DNA of 64,000 bases from Bacillota bacterium (GTDB lineage Bacteria > Bacillota > UBA4882 > UBA10575), in assembly GCA_012727895.1 (NCBI GenBank), contig JAAYGG010000144.1, forward strand, positions 28,622 through 92,621, written 5' to 3'. Below the pieces are notes generated by a model. It saw only the letters and a list, made by a program, of their open reading frames with translations, was not told where the DNA came from and did no database searches. Below, one piece after another: positions 46,571-56,183 of the stretch (its first letter is position 1; the number at the start of each line of letters is the position of its first letter). Position numbers and translations under genes: made by a program.

Positions 46571-46837
46571 ATGGCGGTACGGATCAGATTAACCAGGATG
46601 GGAGCGAAGAAGCGTCCTTTTTACCGGTTTGTGGTGGCCGACAGCAGGGCTCCGCGGGATGGACGTTTCATTGAGATTTTGGGGTACTACAACCCCATCG
46701 CCGACCCTGCGGAACTGGTTGTCGACAAGGAAAAGGCCCTCGAGTGGATGACCAAAGGCGCTCAACCCTCGGAACGGGTGAAGACCCTCTTCCGGAAAGC
46801 AGGAGTGCTGCCTGATAAGGAAGCGGTCGGAGAATGA
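46571..46837 (+). CDS. rpsP: 30S ribosomal protein S16
   Basis: [35 protein letters not shown]. Confidence 0.95.
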   Translation: MAVRIRLTRMGAKKRPFYRFVVADSRAPRDGRFIEILGYYNPIADPAELVVDKEKALEWMTKGAQPSERVKTLFRKAGVLPDKEAVGE

Positions 46838-47082
46838 AAGGAAGTGGCTCCTTGCAGGAACTCGTAGAATTGCTGGTGAAGTCTTTGGTCGACAGGACCG
46901 AAGATGTTTCCGTGGAGAAGATGGAGAACTCCGGTTCAATTCTTTTCGAGGTCAGTGTCCATCCGGATGAGTTGGGCAAGGTCATCGGCAGGCAAGGACG
47001 GGTCATTAAGGCCATCAGGACGCTGGTCCGCTCTTGCGCGCCGGCTGGGAAAAAAGTCCTTGTCGAGCTGGTAGAGGAATGA
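46834..47082 (+). CDS. ylqC: KH-domain RNA-binding protein (YlqC/KhpA-like)
   Basis: [18 protein letters not shown] (GxxG KH loop), about 80 aa, ATGA overlap with rpsP. Confidence 0.85.
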   Translation: MKGSGSLQELVELLVKSLVDRTEDVSVEKMENSGSILFEVSVHPDELGKVIGRQGRVIKAIRTLVRSCAPAGKKVLVELVEE

Positions 47083-47639
47083 GCTCTACTCCTCGACAGA
47101 CGCGCGGGCGCGCGAATCCGCCGGCGGATTTGGCGGCGGTGGGCGAGGTCCTCACCACCCAGGGAAACAAGGGTGAAGTCAAGGTCCGTCCTTTAACCGG
47201 CGACCCGCAGCGGTGGTCCGAGTTGACCCGGGTCTTTTTCTGCCGGGCGGGCGCGCGGGAAGAATTAACCGTTGAACAGGTGCGTTTTTTCCGCCAGTTT
47301 GTCGTGGTGAAATTTAAGGAAATAAACGACATGACGCAGGCGGAGAAGTTGCGCGGCGGTTTCCTCTGCATCCCCCTGGCGGAAAGGCGGCCTTTGCCTG
47401 AGGGCAGCTATTATCTTGACCAGATCCTCGGCCTCTCTGTGCTGGACGAAACCGGGGCTTTTCTGGGGAAAATCGAGGATATCCTGGCCACCGGGGCCAA
47501 TGACGTCTACGTGGTGCGCGGCGGGCCTCACGGGGAGATCCTGCTCCCCGCCTTAAAATCGGTGGTCCTTGCGGTTGACCTGCCCGCCGGCACAATGAAG
47601 GTACGGCTCCCTGCCGGGTTGGTAGATGAGGATGATTAA
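47079..47639 (+). CDS. rimM: 16S rRNA processing protein RimM
   Basis: [21 protein letters not shown]-terminal barrel and a PRC-barrel C-terminus. TTG 47130 or GTG 47139 may be the true start, because 47097-47130 is a CGCGCG-rich stretch that includes a perfect 16-nt palindrome. Confidence 0.85.
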   Translation: MSSTPRQTRGRANPPADLAAVGEVLTTQGNKGEVKVRPLTGDPQRWSELTRVFFCRAGAREELTVEQVRFFRQFVVVKFKEINDMTQAEKLRGGFLCIPLAERRPLPEGSYYLDQILGLSVLDETGAFLGKIEDILATGANDVYVVRGGPHGEILLPALKSVVLAVDLPAGTMKVRLPAGLVDEDD

Positions 47640-47640
47640 A

Positions 47641-48441
47641 ATGAAGGTGACAATCCTCACCCTGTTTCCGGAGATGTTCACCGGCCCCTTTTCCTGCAGC
47701 ATTATTAAGCGGGCGGTGGACAAAGGCCTGGTGGAACTGGAAACGGTTAATCTTCGTGATTATACCACAGACCGGCACCGGACGGTGGATGACACCCCCT
47801 ACGGCGGCGGCCCGGGAATGGTCCTCAAACCGGAACCGGTTTTTGCGGCGGTGGAGGCGATAAGCAAAAAAAAAGGGCAAAAGCCCTATACCGTTCTCAC
47901 CACCCCGCAGGGGGAGGTTTTCCGGCAGCAAATCGCCGCCGAACTGGCAGGCAAAGAAGAGATCCTCTTTATTTGCGGCCATTACGAGGGGTATGACGAG
48001 CGCATCCGCACCCTGGCCGACCGGGAACTCTCCATCGGCGATTACGTTTTAACCGGAGGAGAACTCCCGGCCATGGTAATGGTTGACGCCACTATCCGGT
48101 TGCTCCCGGGGGTGCTGGGGGCCCCGGATGCGGCGAGCAATGATTCCTTCAGTGCGGGGCTGCTGGATTACCCGCAATACACCAAACCTGCGGTTTATAA
48201 AGGCATGGCCGTCCCCGATGTTTTGCTTTCCGGGCACCACCAACAGATCGCCGCCTGGAGAAGGAGAGAGGCTTTGCTGCGGACGGCGGAAAGACGCCCG
48301 GATCTGCTGGCCCAGGCGGTTTTAAGCCGGGAAGAGCGGGCTTTTCTCGTGGAGAAGTTTCCCGGGCTTTTTGGGGCGGAAGATCCGCCGGCAGCCCGGG
48401 AGAGCGACGGAGGGGCCGGCATAAGCGAGGAAAAGAGATAA
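47641..48441 (+). CDS. trmD: tRNA (guanine37-N1)-methyltransferase
   Basis: [47 protein letters not shown]. Confidence 0.93.
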   Translation: MKVTILTLFPEMFTGPFSCSIIKRAVDKGLVELETVNLRDYTTDRHRTVDDTPYGGGPGMVLKPEPVFAAVEAISKKKGQKPYTVLTTPQGEVFRQQIAAELAGKEEILFICGHYEGYDERIRTLADRELSIGDYVLTGGELPAMVMVDATIRLLPGVLGAPDAASNDSFSAGLLDYPQYTKPAVYKGMAVPDVLLSGHHQQIAAWRRREALLRTAERRPDLLAQAVLSREERAFLVEKFPGLFGAEDPPAARESDGGAGISEEKR

Positions 48442-48466
48442 TCTTTGAGAGTAAGGAGGGTTCCGA

Positions 48467-48811
48467 ATGAACCTCATTGATCAGGTAGAACAAGGGCAGA
48501 TGAAAACAGATCTCCCGGAGTTCACACCCGGGGATACGGTCCGCGTTCATCTGAAAGTGGTCGAAGGCGAGCGGGAACGGATCCAGGTATTTGAGGGAGT
48601 CGTGATTGCCCGGGCCAACGGGGGAGCAAAAGAGACCTTCACCGTCCGGAAGATCTCCGGCGGTGTGGGTGTGGAAAGGATTTTTCCCCTGCACTCGCCC
48701 ATGATCAGCAAGATCGAAGTGGTTCGCCGCGGCCGGGTGCGCCGGGCCAAACTGTATTACCTGCGGAAACGTTCGGGTAAGGCTGCCCGGATCACCGAGC
48801 GCCAAGGGTAA
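48467..48811 (+). CDS. rplS: 50S ribosomal protein L19
   Basis: [30 protein letters not shown]. Confidence 0.95.
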   Translation: MNLIDQVEQGQMKTDLPEFTPGDTVRVHLKVVEGERERIQVFEGVVIARANGGAKETFTVRKISGGVGVERIFPLHSPMISKIEVVRRGRVRRAKLYYLRKRSGKAARITERQG

Positions 48812-48841
48812 TGGGCGCCGGCGAAGATAGGGGGAGTACCG

Positions 48842-49450
48842 GTGGAGTTTAAAAAGTCGGAGTTGCGGGAGACCATTGAGTCCATAGCCGGATCGGTAAT
48901 CACCATCTTGTTCATCATGATCTTTCTCTTCCAATCATACAAGGTGGACGGCAGTTCCATGGAGCCGACCCTCGCCCATAACCAGCGGCTTTTGGTGGAC
49001 AAGATCACTTACCGTTTCCGTCTCCCCAGGACGGGAGAGATTATTGTCTTCAAATATCCCCGGGACCCTGAGAAGAAGTTTATTAAACGGGTAATTGCCG
49101 TTGAGGGGCAGGATATCAGTATTTACGACGGCCAGGTGAAGGTTAACGGGTTGGTCTTGGAGGAGAATTATATTAAAGAGACAACCCAAGGGGATTTTGA
49201 GTGGACCATCGTTCCCACGGATTCCATCTTTGTCATGGGGGACAACCGCAACCGGAGCCTGGACAGTAGAGATACGGATAATGTGGGGTATGTGCCCTTG
49301 GAAAATGTGGTCGGCAGAGCGGTCGTGGTCTACTGGCCGCCCCGGGCCGCCCGGATTTTGCGCCGGCCGGATTACCGGAGATCCGGGGACCAGGCTGACA
49401 GCAAGCACAACGGGTATGGCTACTACCCCTTGCCCGATAATCTTCCATGA
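48842..49450 (+). CDS. lepB: Signal peptidase I (second copy)
   Basis: TM anchor, DGSSMEPTL Ser box, KRVIAVEGQ Lys box, GDNRNRSLDSR. Confidence 0.9.
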   Translation: MEFKKSELRETIESIAGSVITILFIMIFLFQSYKVDGSSMEPTLAHNQRLLVDKITYRFRLPRTGEIIVFKYPRDPEKKFIKRVIAVEGQDISIYDGQVKVNGLVLEENYIKETTQGDFEWTIVPTDSIFVMGDNRNRSLDSRDTDNVGYVPLENVVGRAVVVYWPPRAARILRRPDYRRSGDQADSKHNGYGYYPLPDNLP

Positions 49451-49534
49451 CCACCATTGGGGTGGTCTCTTTTTTTACCGTAGCCCGTTTGAGCGCGGCC
49501 GGCGGCATCCGGAAGGCCAAAGGAGTGGAAAAAC

Positions 49535-50839
49535 ATGGAGATGCTCGATTTAATCCGTAAAAAAAGGGACGGCGGGGAACATACCCCCGGGGAACTGGCC
49601 TGGCTGGTGCAGGGGATCACCAGCGGGCGGATCCCCGACTACCAGGCGGCCGCCTGGTGCATGGCCGTCTACTTTCAGGGGATGTCCCCCCGGGAAGTGA
49701 AGAGCTTCACTCTGGAGATGGCCGCCTCCGGCATTCAGTTGGACCTTTCCGCCCTGCCACAACCGGTGATTGACAAGCATTCCAGCGGCGGGGTGGGGGA
49801 CAAGACCACCCTGGTGCTCGCCCCCTTGATTGCCGCGGCGGGGGTTCCAGTCTGTAAAATGTCCGGCCGGGGCCTGGGGCATACCGGCGGGACCATCGAT
49901 AAACTGGAGTCGATCCCCGGTTTCCAGGTGGAACTGTCGTGGGAGGAGTTCATCCGGCAGGCGCAAGCCATCGGGGTTGCCCTGACAGCCCAGAGCGAAG
50001 AACTCTGCCCCGCCGACAAGATCCTCTATGCCCTGCGGGACGTCACCGGAACGGTAGAGAGTATTCCCTTGATTGCCGCCAGTATCATGAGTAAGAAACT
50101 GGCCGGCGGGGCCGGCGGGTTTGTTCTTGATATAAAAGTGGGCAACGGCGCATTTATGAAAGATTTGGAAGAAGCGAAAACTCTGGCCCAATTAATGGTG
50201 GCCATCGGCAAAGGGGCCGGCAAACAGACGGTGGCGGTGCTGACCAACATGGACCAGCCTTTGGGCCGGGCCGCCGGGAACGCCTTGGAAGTCCGGGAAG
50301 CCATCGCCTTTCTCCGGGGAGAGGCCGCGCCCGACCTCTTGGAGGTAACCCTGGCCTTGGGGGCGCAGATGCTGAAACTGGCCGGTGCTGTCGCCGGCCT
50401 GGAGGAAGGCAGGGAGAAATTAAGGAGGCTCTTGTATTCCGGCCGGGGCCTTGAGGTCTTTGCCAAATGGGTGGCCGCCCAGGGCGGGGAACCGCGGGTG
50501 GTGGAAAAACCGGAGATGATACCGGGCGCCCCGGTCGTCCGGCCGGTTTTCTCACCCGGAAGAGGTTTTGTCAGCGGGATGGCCACGGATCTCCTCGGGC
50601 AGGTTGTGGCGGATCTGGGAGCGGGCCGGAAGCGGAAAAAGGATATTATTGACCCCGTGGTGGGCCTGGTTTTCCATAAGAAACCGGGCGACCCGGTGGA
50701 GCCCGGGGAACCCCTGGTCGAGATCCACGCCCGCACGGAAGAACAGGCCCTTACGGCCGGCCAGGTTGTGTTGCAAGCTATAAAGGTGACGGAGGAACCG
50801 CCTTCTCCCAAACCGTTGATCTACGGGTATATTGTTTGA
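49535..50839 (+). CDS. pdp: Pyrimidine-nucleoside (thymidine) phosphorylase
   Basis: DKHSSGGVGDKTT, KMSGRGLGHTGGTIDKLE, and a C-terminal alpha/beta domain. Confidence 0.9.
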   Translation: MEMLDLIRKKRDGGEHTPGELAWLVQGITSGRIPDYQAAAWCMAVYFQGMSPREVKSFTLEMAASGIQLDLSALPQPVIDKHSSGGVGDKTTLVLAPLIAAAGVPVCKMSGRGLGHTGGTIDKLESIPGFQVELSWEEFIRQAQAIGVALTAQSEELCPADKILYALRDVTGTVESIPLIAASIMSKKLAGGAGGFVLDIKVGNGAFMKDLEEAKTLAQLMVAIGKGAGKQTVAVLTNMDQPLGRAAGNALEVREAIAFLRGEAAPDLLEVTLALGAQMLKLAGAVAGLEEGREKLRRLLYSGRGLEVFAKWVAAQGGEPRVVEKPEMIPGAPVVRPVFSPGRGFVSGMATDLLGQVVADLGAGRKRKKDIIDPVVGLVFHKKPGDPVEPGEPLVEIHARTEEQALTAGQVVLQAIKVTEEPPSPKPLIYGYIV

Positions 50840-50874
50840 CCGGCGTGTTGCCGCAACGCCCTCACCGGAATTGA

Positions 50875-50919
50875 TTGTTAACGGTTTTAGCATTGCGTTA
50901 ACAAGAGATTTGCGTTAAG
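50875..50919. promoter_or_regulatory. Candidate operator: 9-bp perfect inverted repeat plus third half-site upstream of rnfC
   Basis: TTGTTAACG (50875-50883), 12 nt, CGTTAACAA (50896-50904). TGCGTTAAG repeats at 50911-50919. Confidence 0.35.
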
Positions 50920-51049
50920 ATTAAGGACGGGAAGGATTTATTCCGCCCGGAGTCTTATTCTATCCTGTTGTAAGTAATCATATATGGCAATGAACCGCAT
51001 CCACGCGTACCCGCGCGTGAAATCCGCGTAAAGAATGGAGTGAAACCGA

Positions 51050-52381
51050 ATGCGTGCCAAAACTTTCCGTAAGGGAATCCACCCCCCGGGGCACAAGGAG
51101 AGAACCGCCGGTTTACCCATTGAGGTTTTCCCCGCCCCCCAAAAGGTGGTACTCCCTTTGTGCCAGCATATCGGCGCGCCGGCGCAGCCGTTGGTCGCGG
51201 TCGGGGACGAAGTGACCGCCGGGCAGAAGATCGCTGAAGCGCAGGGGATGGTCTCCGCGGCCTTGCATGCCAGTATCAGCGGGAAAGTAACAGCCATTGA
51301 AGAGCGGCCGCACCCGGCAGGGAGAAATCTACCGGCGATTGTCATTGAGAACACCGGTGGCGAGGGGTTTTCCCCAGTACCGGAGGCCAAACCCGGCCGG
51401 CCGCTGGCGGAGATAACTGGCGAAGAGATAAAGGAACTCATGCGCGCCGGCGGTCTGGTGGGGATGGGCGGCGCCGCTTTCCCGACCCATGTCAAGTACT
51501 ACCCGCCGGCCGGCAAGAAAATCGAATATGTCATTCTCAACGGTGCGGAATGCGAGCCGTTTCTCACCTGCGACCACCGGTTGATGCTGGAACGGCCGGC
51601 AGCGGTTCTTTACGGCCTGAAAGCCATGATGAAGGCAGCCGGTGCCAAAAGGGGTTATATCGGCATTGAGCTGAATAAGGTTGATGTGATCAAGGTCCTG
51701 CAGGAAGAGGCAAGGGGAGACGAGACCATTGAGATCGTCCCCCTGCGGGTGAAATACCCCCAGGGCGAAGAGAAGATGTTGATTAACGCCATCACCGGCC
51801 GGGTGGTCCCCGCCGGCGGGCTCCCGGTGGATGCGGGCGTGGTCGTGAATAATGTGGGTACCGCCGCCGCCCTGGCCGACTTGCTCCAGACCGGAAAACC
51901 CCTGATCTCCCGGGTCATTACTGTGACCGGGGGCGGGATCAAGGAACCGAAGAACCTGGAGGTGCCTTTGGGAACCCTCCTGGAGGATGTTCTTGCCTAT
52001 TGCGGGGGATTGACGGATAGCGCCGGCCGGATTGTCTTAGGCGGGCCCATGACCGGCCCGGCCCATTACCGGTTGGACCTGCCGGTGGTGAAAGGGACCT
52101 GCGGGCTTTTGGTACAGACCAGCGAGGAAATCGGGGACATGGAGTATATGGATTGTATTCGCTGTGGGAAGTGCGTGGAAGCCTGCCCGTTTTCTTTGCT
52201 CCCCAACTACCTCGGGCTCTATGCCGAGAAAAACCGGCTGGAAGAGGCAGAAAGGTACGGGGTTATGGAGTGCCGGGAGTGCGGTTCCTGCGCGTACGTC
52301 TGTCCCAGCCGGCGCCCGTTGACGCAATGGATTAAAGACGCAAAACGCAAGATTACCGCTGCGCAAAGAAAAACAGGATAG
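51050..52381 (+). CDS. rnfC: Rnf electron transport complex subunit C
   Basis: GMGGAAFPTHVK NADH/FMN region and two 4Fe-4S motifs CIRCGKCVEACP and CRECGSCAYVCP. Confidence 0.92.
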   Translation: MRAKTFRKGIHPPGHKERTAGLPIEVFPAPQKVVLPLCQHIGAPAQPLVAVGDEVTAGQKIAEAQGMVSAALHASISGKVTAIEERPHPAGRNLPAIVIENTGGEGFSPVPEAKPGRPLAEITGEEIKELMRAGGLVGMGGAAFPTHVKYYPPAGKKIEYVILNGAECEPFLTCDHRLMLERPAAVLYGLKAMMKAAGAKRGYIGIELNKVDVIKVLQEEARGDETIEIVPLRVKYPQGEEKMLINAITGRVVPAGGLPVDAGVVVNNVGTAAALADLLQTGKPLISRVITVTGGGIKEPKNLEVPLGTLLEDVLAYCGGLTDSAGRIVLGGPMTGPAHYRLDLPVVKGTCGLLVQTSEEIGDMEYMDCIRCGKCVEACPFSLLPNYLGLYAEKNRLEEAERYGVMECRECGSCAYVCPSRRPLTQWIKDAKRKITAAQRKTG

Positions 52382-52396
52382 GGAGGTTTACCCGTA

Positions 52397-53368
52397 ATGG
52401 AAACACCGCAATTGATTGTTTCACCGGCGCCTCATATCCGGGCAAGACAGAGCACCGCGGGTATTATGTGGATGGTGGTGACGTCCTTAATTCCTGCGGC
52501 AGCGGCCGGGGTGGTCCTTTTTGGCCGTCCGGCGCTAGTTGTTATCGTAAGTTCAATCCTGGCCGCCGTTCTTGCCGAGGCTTTCTGCCAGCGGGTTACG
52601 GGCCGCCGGATTACAGTTGGCGATGGGAGCGCCGTGGTTACCGGCCTGCTTTTGGCTTTGACCCTTCCCCCGGAACTGCCCTGGTGGATGACGGCCTCCG
52701 GCGCGGCCTTTGCCATTATCATCGGCAAACAGGTCTTTGGCGGGCTGGGGCATAACCTTTTCAACCCCGCCTTGGCCGGGAGGGCCTTCCTGCTGGCTTC
52801 GTGGCCGGGGGCGATGATGACCTGGAAATGGCCGGCCGCCTCCCTTTCCTGGGCGGGTGAGAGTGTGGATGCGATTGGCGGCGCCACCGTGTTGGGATTG
52901 GCCAGGCAAGGGTTTTTCGCCAAGCATGGGGTGGCGGTCCCCTATTCCCAGTTGTTCATGGGGAATATCGCCGGTTCGCTCGGGGAGACCTCTGCTTTAG
53001 CCCTCTTAATTGGCGCCGTTTTCCTGCTGGCCTTCCGGGTCATCGATTGGCGGATACCCCTGGGTTACCTGGGAACACTGGCGATCCTGGCTCTCTTGGC
53101 CGGGCAGGACCCCATCTTTCACCTGTTAACCGGCGGTGTGCTCCTCGGGGCCTTCTTTATGGCCACCGATTACGTGACCACCCCTATTACTCCGGGCGGG
53201 CGCTTCTTTTTTGGTCTGGGCTGCGGGGTATTAACCTTTTTAATCCGGATTTACGGCGGGTACCCCGAAGGCGTGACCTATGCCATCCTCCTGATGAATG
53301 CGGCAGCGCCTTTGCTGGAGAAAGCCACGATTCCCAAACGCTTTGGGGAGGTGCGGGCTGATGTCTAA
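52397..53368 (+). CDS. rnfD: Rnf complex subunit D
   Basis: NqrB/RnfD polytopic membrane protein with GGLGHNLFNPALAGRAFL and a GATVLG region. Confidence 0.9.
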   Translation: METPQLIVSPAPHIRARQSTAGIMWMVVTSLIPAAAAGVVLFGRPALVVIVSSILAAVLAEAFCQRVTGRRITVGDGSAVVTGLLLALTLPPELPWWMTASGAAFAIIIGKQVFGGLGHNLFNPALAGRAFLLASWPGAMMTWKWPAASLSWAGESVDAIGGATVLGLARQGFFAKHGVAVPYSQLFMGNIAGSLGETSALALLIGAVFLLAFRVIDWRIPLGYLGTLAILALLAGQDPIFHLLTGGVLLGAFFMATDYVTTPITPGGRFFFGLGCGVLTFLIRIYGGYPEGVTYAILLMNAAAPLLEKATIPKRFGEVRADV

Positions 53369-53993
53369 GAATAAGAAGATCATGGAGCAATTGCGCCTGG
53401 TGCTGGTGTTAACCTTGATTGCCGCCTTTTCCGGCGGGATCCTGGCCGTGGTCAACCACCTCACCGAACCCAGAATTAAAGAATTGGAGCGACAGGCCAC
53501 CAATGAAGCCCTGGCTCTCTGCCTGCCCGGGGCCGGCGATTTCCAGAAGGAGGAGTCGTTGCCTGCCGGCGCCGGTGCGGATGTGAGCGAGGTTTATCTT
53601 GGCTATGTCAATAATGAACCCGCCGGGGTGGTGGTGAAGGTCGAGCCGCGAGGGTATGGGGGCAAGATCAGTATGATGGTGGGTGTTACCGCCGGAGGAA
53701 AGGTGGCCGGGGTTAAGATCCTCAGCCACTCGGAAACCCCCGGCCTAGGGGCAAAGATCAAGAAAGACGATTTTCTGCAGCAAGCGGCGATCCGTGAAAG
53801 CGGATTGGAAAACCCCCCGGCTTTGGTCCGGGATGGGGGCAAGGTGGAAGCCATCACCAACGCCACCATCTCCTGCCGGGCGGTGGTAAGAGGGATCAAC
53901 CAGGCCCTGGCAGTGGCGGAGAGCTTTTTCGCCCCTGCTGACGGCCGGCTGGGAACTGAGGCAGATGGAGAGAGGGGTGACGGAGAAGGATGA
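53361..53993 (+). CDS. rnfG: Rnf complex subunit G
   Basis: TM anchor plus FMN-bind domain (GYGGKISMMVGV, SETPGLGAKI, ITNATISCRAV). ATG 53361 overlaps the rnfD stop. Confidence 0.85.
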   Translation: MSKNKKIMEQLRLVLVLTLIAAFSGGILAVVNHLTEPRIKELERQATNEALALCLPGAGDFQKEESLPAGAGADVSEVYLGYVNNEPAGVVVKVEPRGYGGKISMMVGVTAGGKVAGVKILSHSETPGLGAKIKKDDFLQQAAIRESGLENPPALVRDGGKVEAITNATISCRAVVRGINQALAVAESFFAPADGRLGTEADGERGDGEG

Positions 53994-54637
53994 AACGGTG
54001 GCAGGTCTTTGCAAACGGGATTTTCCGGGAAAACCCCATTTTCCGCCTGGTCTTGGGGATGTGCCCGACCCTGGCGGTCAGTACCGCAGTGGTCAACGGC
54101 CTGGGAATGGGCTTGGCCGCCACTTTCGTACTTGTCTGTTCTAATGTGATCATTTCTTTGTTGCGGAACGTTATCCCCAAAGAGGTACGGATTCCCTGCT
54201 ATATCGTGGTGATTGCCACCTTTGTTACCATTGTTGACAAGGTAATGGCCGCCAGCGCCCCCGGGTTGCACCAGGTCTTGGGGATTTTTATCCCCCTGAT
54301 CGTGGTGAACTGTATCATCCTCGGACGGGCGGAGGCCTTTGCCTCCAAAAACACCGTTGGCCGTGCCTTCATGGACGGGCTGGGAATGGGTATCGGTTTC
54401 ACATTAGGCCTGGTTCTGCTCAGCTTCTTCCGGGAGGTTTTGGGCGAGGGAATGCTACTGGTTGCCGAGGATTTTGGCTTTACCGGCTGGCGGATTATCC
54501 CCGAAGACAACCAGGCTTTAATGCTTATCTTGCCGCCCGGCGCCTTTATTACCTTGGGTTTGTTGTTGGCTGGGATTAATAAGCTGTCCGCCAAACTAAG
54601 CGCGGCAAAGGACCTTGCCGGGAAAGGGGGAGAATAA
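53990..54637 (+). CDS. rnfE: Rnf complex subunit E
   Basis: NqrD/RnfE family: NPIFRLVLGMCPTLAVS, IPLIVVNCIILGRAEAFA. Confidence 0.9.
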   Translation: MKRWQVFANGIFRENPIFRLVLGMCPTLAVSTAVVNGLGMGLAATFVLVCSNVIISLLRNVIPKEVRIPCYIVVIATFVTIVDKVMAASAPGLHQVLGIFIPLIVVNCIILGRAEAFASKNTVGRAFMDGLGMGIGFTLGLVLLSFFREVLGEGMLLVAEDFGFTGWRIIPEDNQALMLILPPGAFITLGLLLAGINKLSAKLSAAKDLAGKGGE

Positions 54638-54638
54638 G

Positions 54639-55241
54639 ATGGTAGATCTCCTGCTCATATCTTTTGGCGCCATTTTCATCAGTAATTTTGTCCTTGCACG
54701 GTTTTTGGGGATCTGTCCTTTCCTTGGTGTTTCCCGGAAGATCGAAACCGCGCTGGGGATGGGTTTTGCCGTTATTTTTGTGATGACCATGGCCTCCGCC
54801 ATCACCTACGGGGTCCAGAAACTGCTGGTCCGGCATGGCCTGGCTGAATTCTTGCAGACGATCAGTTTTATCCTGGTGATCGCGGTTTTGGTGCAGTTTG
54901 TCGAGATGATCCTGCGGAAGACCAGCCCTGGACTATACCAGGCTTTAGGGATTTACCTGCCCCTGATCACCACCAACTGCGCGGTGCTGGGTGTTGCCCT
55001 TATCAATGCGGATCCGGGTGAAGGCTATAACTTCATTCAGGCTATGGTAAATGGTTTTTCCGGAGGGGTTGGGTTTACCCTTGCCATTGTGCTCTTTGCC
55101 GGGTTGCGGGAACGGCTGGAATTCGCCCCGCTTCCCAAGGCGATGGAGGGGTTCCCCATTGCCCTGATCCTGGCCGGCCTGATTTCCATCGCCTTTTTGG
55201 GCTTCAGCGGTTTTCGGTTGCAAGCGCTTTTGGGCTTGTAA
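54639..55241 (+). CDS. rnfA: Rnf complex subunit A
   Basis: NqrE/RnfA family: FVLARFLGICPFLGVS, LPLITTNCAVLGVAL. Confidence 0.9.
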   Translation: MVDLLLISFGAIFISNFVLARFLGICPFLGVSRKIETALGMGFAVIFVMTMASAITYGVQKLLVRHGLAEFLQTISFILVIAVLVQFVEMILRKTSPGLYQALGIYLPLITTNCAVLGVALINADPGEGYNFIQAMVNGFSGGVGFTLAIVLFAGLRERLEFAPLPKAMEGFPIALILAGLISIAFLGFSGFRLQALLGL

Positions 55242-55296
55242 GCGAGCGACCGGGTAACGGCGAGTGGTGATGGCTTTTTGCCGGATTGCCGGCGAG
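55240..55296 (+). repeat. Dispersed intergenic repeat, copy inside the rnf operon
   Basis: AAGCGAGCGAC (55240-55250) ... TGATGGCTTTTTGCCGGATTGCCGGCGAG (55268-55296). It matches 6315-6381 block for block and contains the hairpin TGCCGG-ATTG-CCGGC(A/G). Confidence 0.75.
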
Positions 55297-55330
55297 TCTC
55301 GAGTTTCGAATACCGAGGAGGTATTGAAGA

Positions 55331-56152
55331 ATGACTACAGTGATTGCCGCGGTTCTTCTCTTGACCGGCTTGGGGGTGCTTTTCGGTATCGGACTGGCGG
55401 TGGCCTCCCGTAAACTGGCGGTGGAGACGGACCCGCGTGTTGACGAGATTGAGGAGTTGCTTCCCGGCGCCAACTGCGGCGCCTGCGGCTACCCGGGTTG
55501 CCGGGGACTGGCGGAGGCCATTGCCGGGGGGTCCGCCCCGGTGAACGCCTGCCCGGTGTCGACGGATTGTGGAGCCATTGCCGAAGTGATGGGGGTGGAG
55601 GCCCTCTCTTGCGAGCGGCGGGTGGCTAAGGTCCGGTGCATCGGCGGGAAAAAAGAGGCCAAAGAACGCTTTGCCTATGTGGGAAGTAAAGACTGCTTTG
55701 CCGCGCACCAACTGGCAGGCGGCCCGAAGGCCTGCGAATACGGTTGTTTGGGTTTGGGCAGCTGCGTTGAAGCCTGCCCGTTTTCCGCCATCACCATTAA
55801 TGAGAACGGCCTCGCCGTGGTGGACGAAGAGAAATGCACCGGCTGCGGCCAGTGTGTAGCCGCCTGCCCCCGCGATTTGATTGCCCTGTTGCCGCCGGGA
55901 GATCCGGTCACCGTTTACTGCCGGAACACGGAAAAGGGCGCTGTCGTCAGGAAGATCTGCCAGACCGGATGTATAGGTTGTGGTATTTGTGTCAAACAAT
56001 GTGATCAGGGGGCAATCACCCTCGAAAACAACCTGGCCGTTATCGACCCGGTAAAATGCAACCGGTGCGGGCGTTGTATCGCCAAGTGCCCGGTAAAGGT
56101 GATCCAGGGTGCTGTTGTCGAAGAGACCGCTTCGGCGGTTTCCGGTGGTTGA
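55331..56152 (+). CDS. rnfB: Rnf complex subunit B
   Basis: N-terminal TM, a CxxCxxxxC region (CGACGYPGC), and several 4Fe-4S ferredoxin motifs (CTGCGQCVAACP, CIGCGICVKQC, CNRCGRCIAKCP). Confidence 0.9.
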   Translation: MTTVIAAVLLLTGLGVLFGIGLAVASRKLAVETDPRVDEIEELLPGANCGACGYPGCRGLAEAIAGGSAPVNACPVSTDCGAIAEVMGVEALSCERRVAKVRCIGGKKEAKERFAYVGSKDCFAAHQLAGGPKACEYGCLGLGSCVEACPFSAITINENGLAVVDEEKCTGCGQCVAACPRDLIALLPPGDPVTVYCRNTEKGAVVRKICQTGCIGCGICVKQCDQGAITLENNLAVIDPVKCNRCGRCIAKCPVKVIQGAVVEETASAVSGG

Positions 56153-56183
56153 TGATTCGCGCGTACACGCATATTCCAGAGGT

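Noticed and set aside
47115-47130. Perfect 16-nt palindrome AATCCGCCGGCGGATT at the ylqC-rimM junction as a regulatory site.
   Set aside because: It may be real, but it lies in a 50-nt stretch whose coding status depends on the rimM start. It is counted under the CGCG-rich spacer observation rather than as a separate claim.
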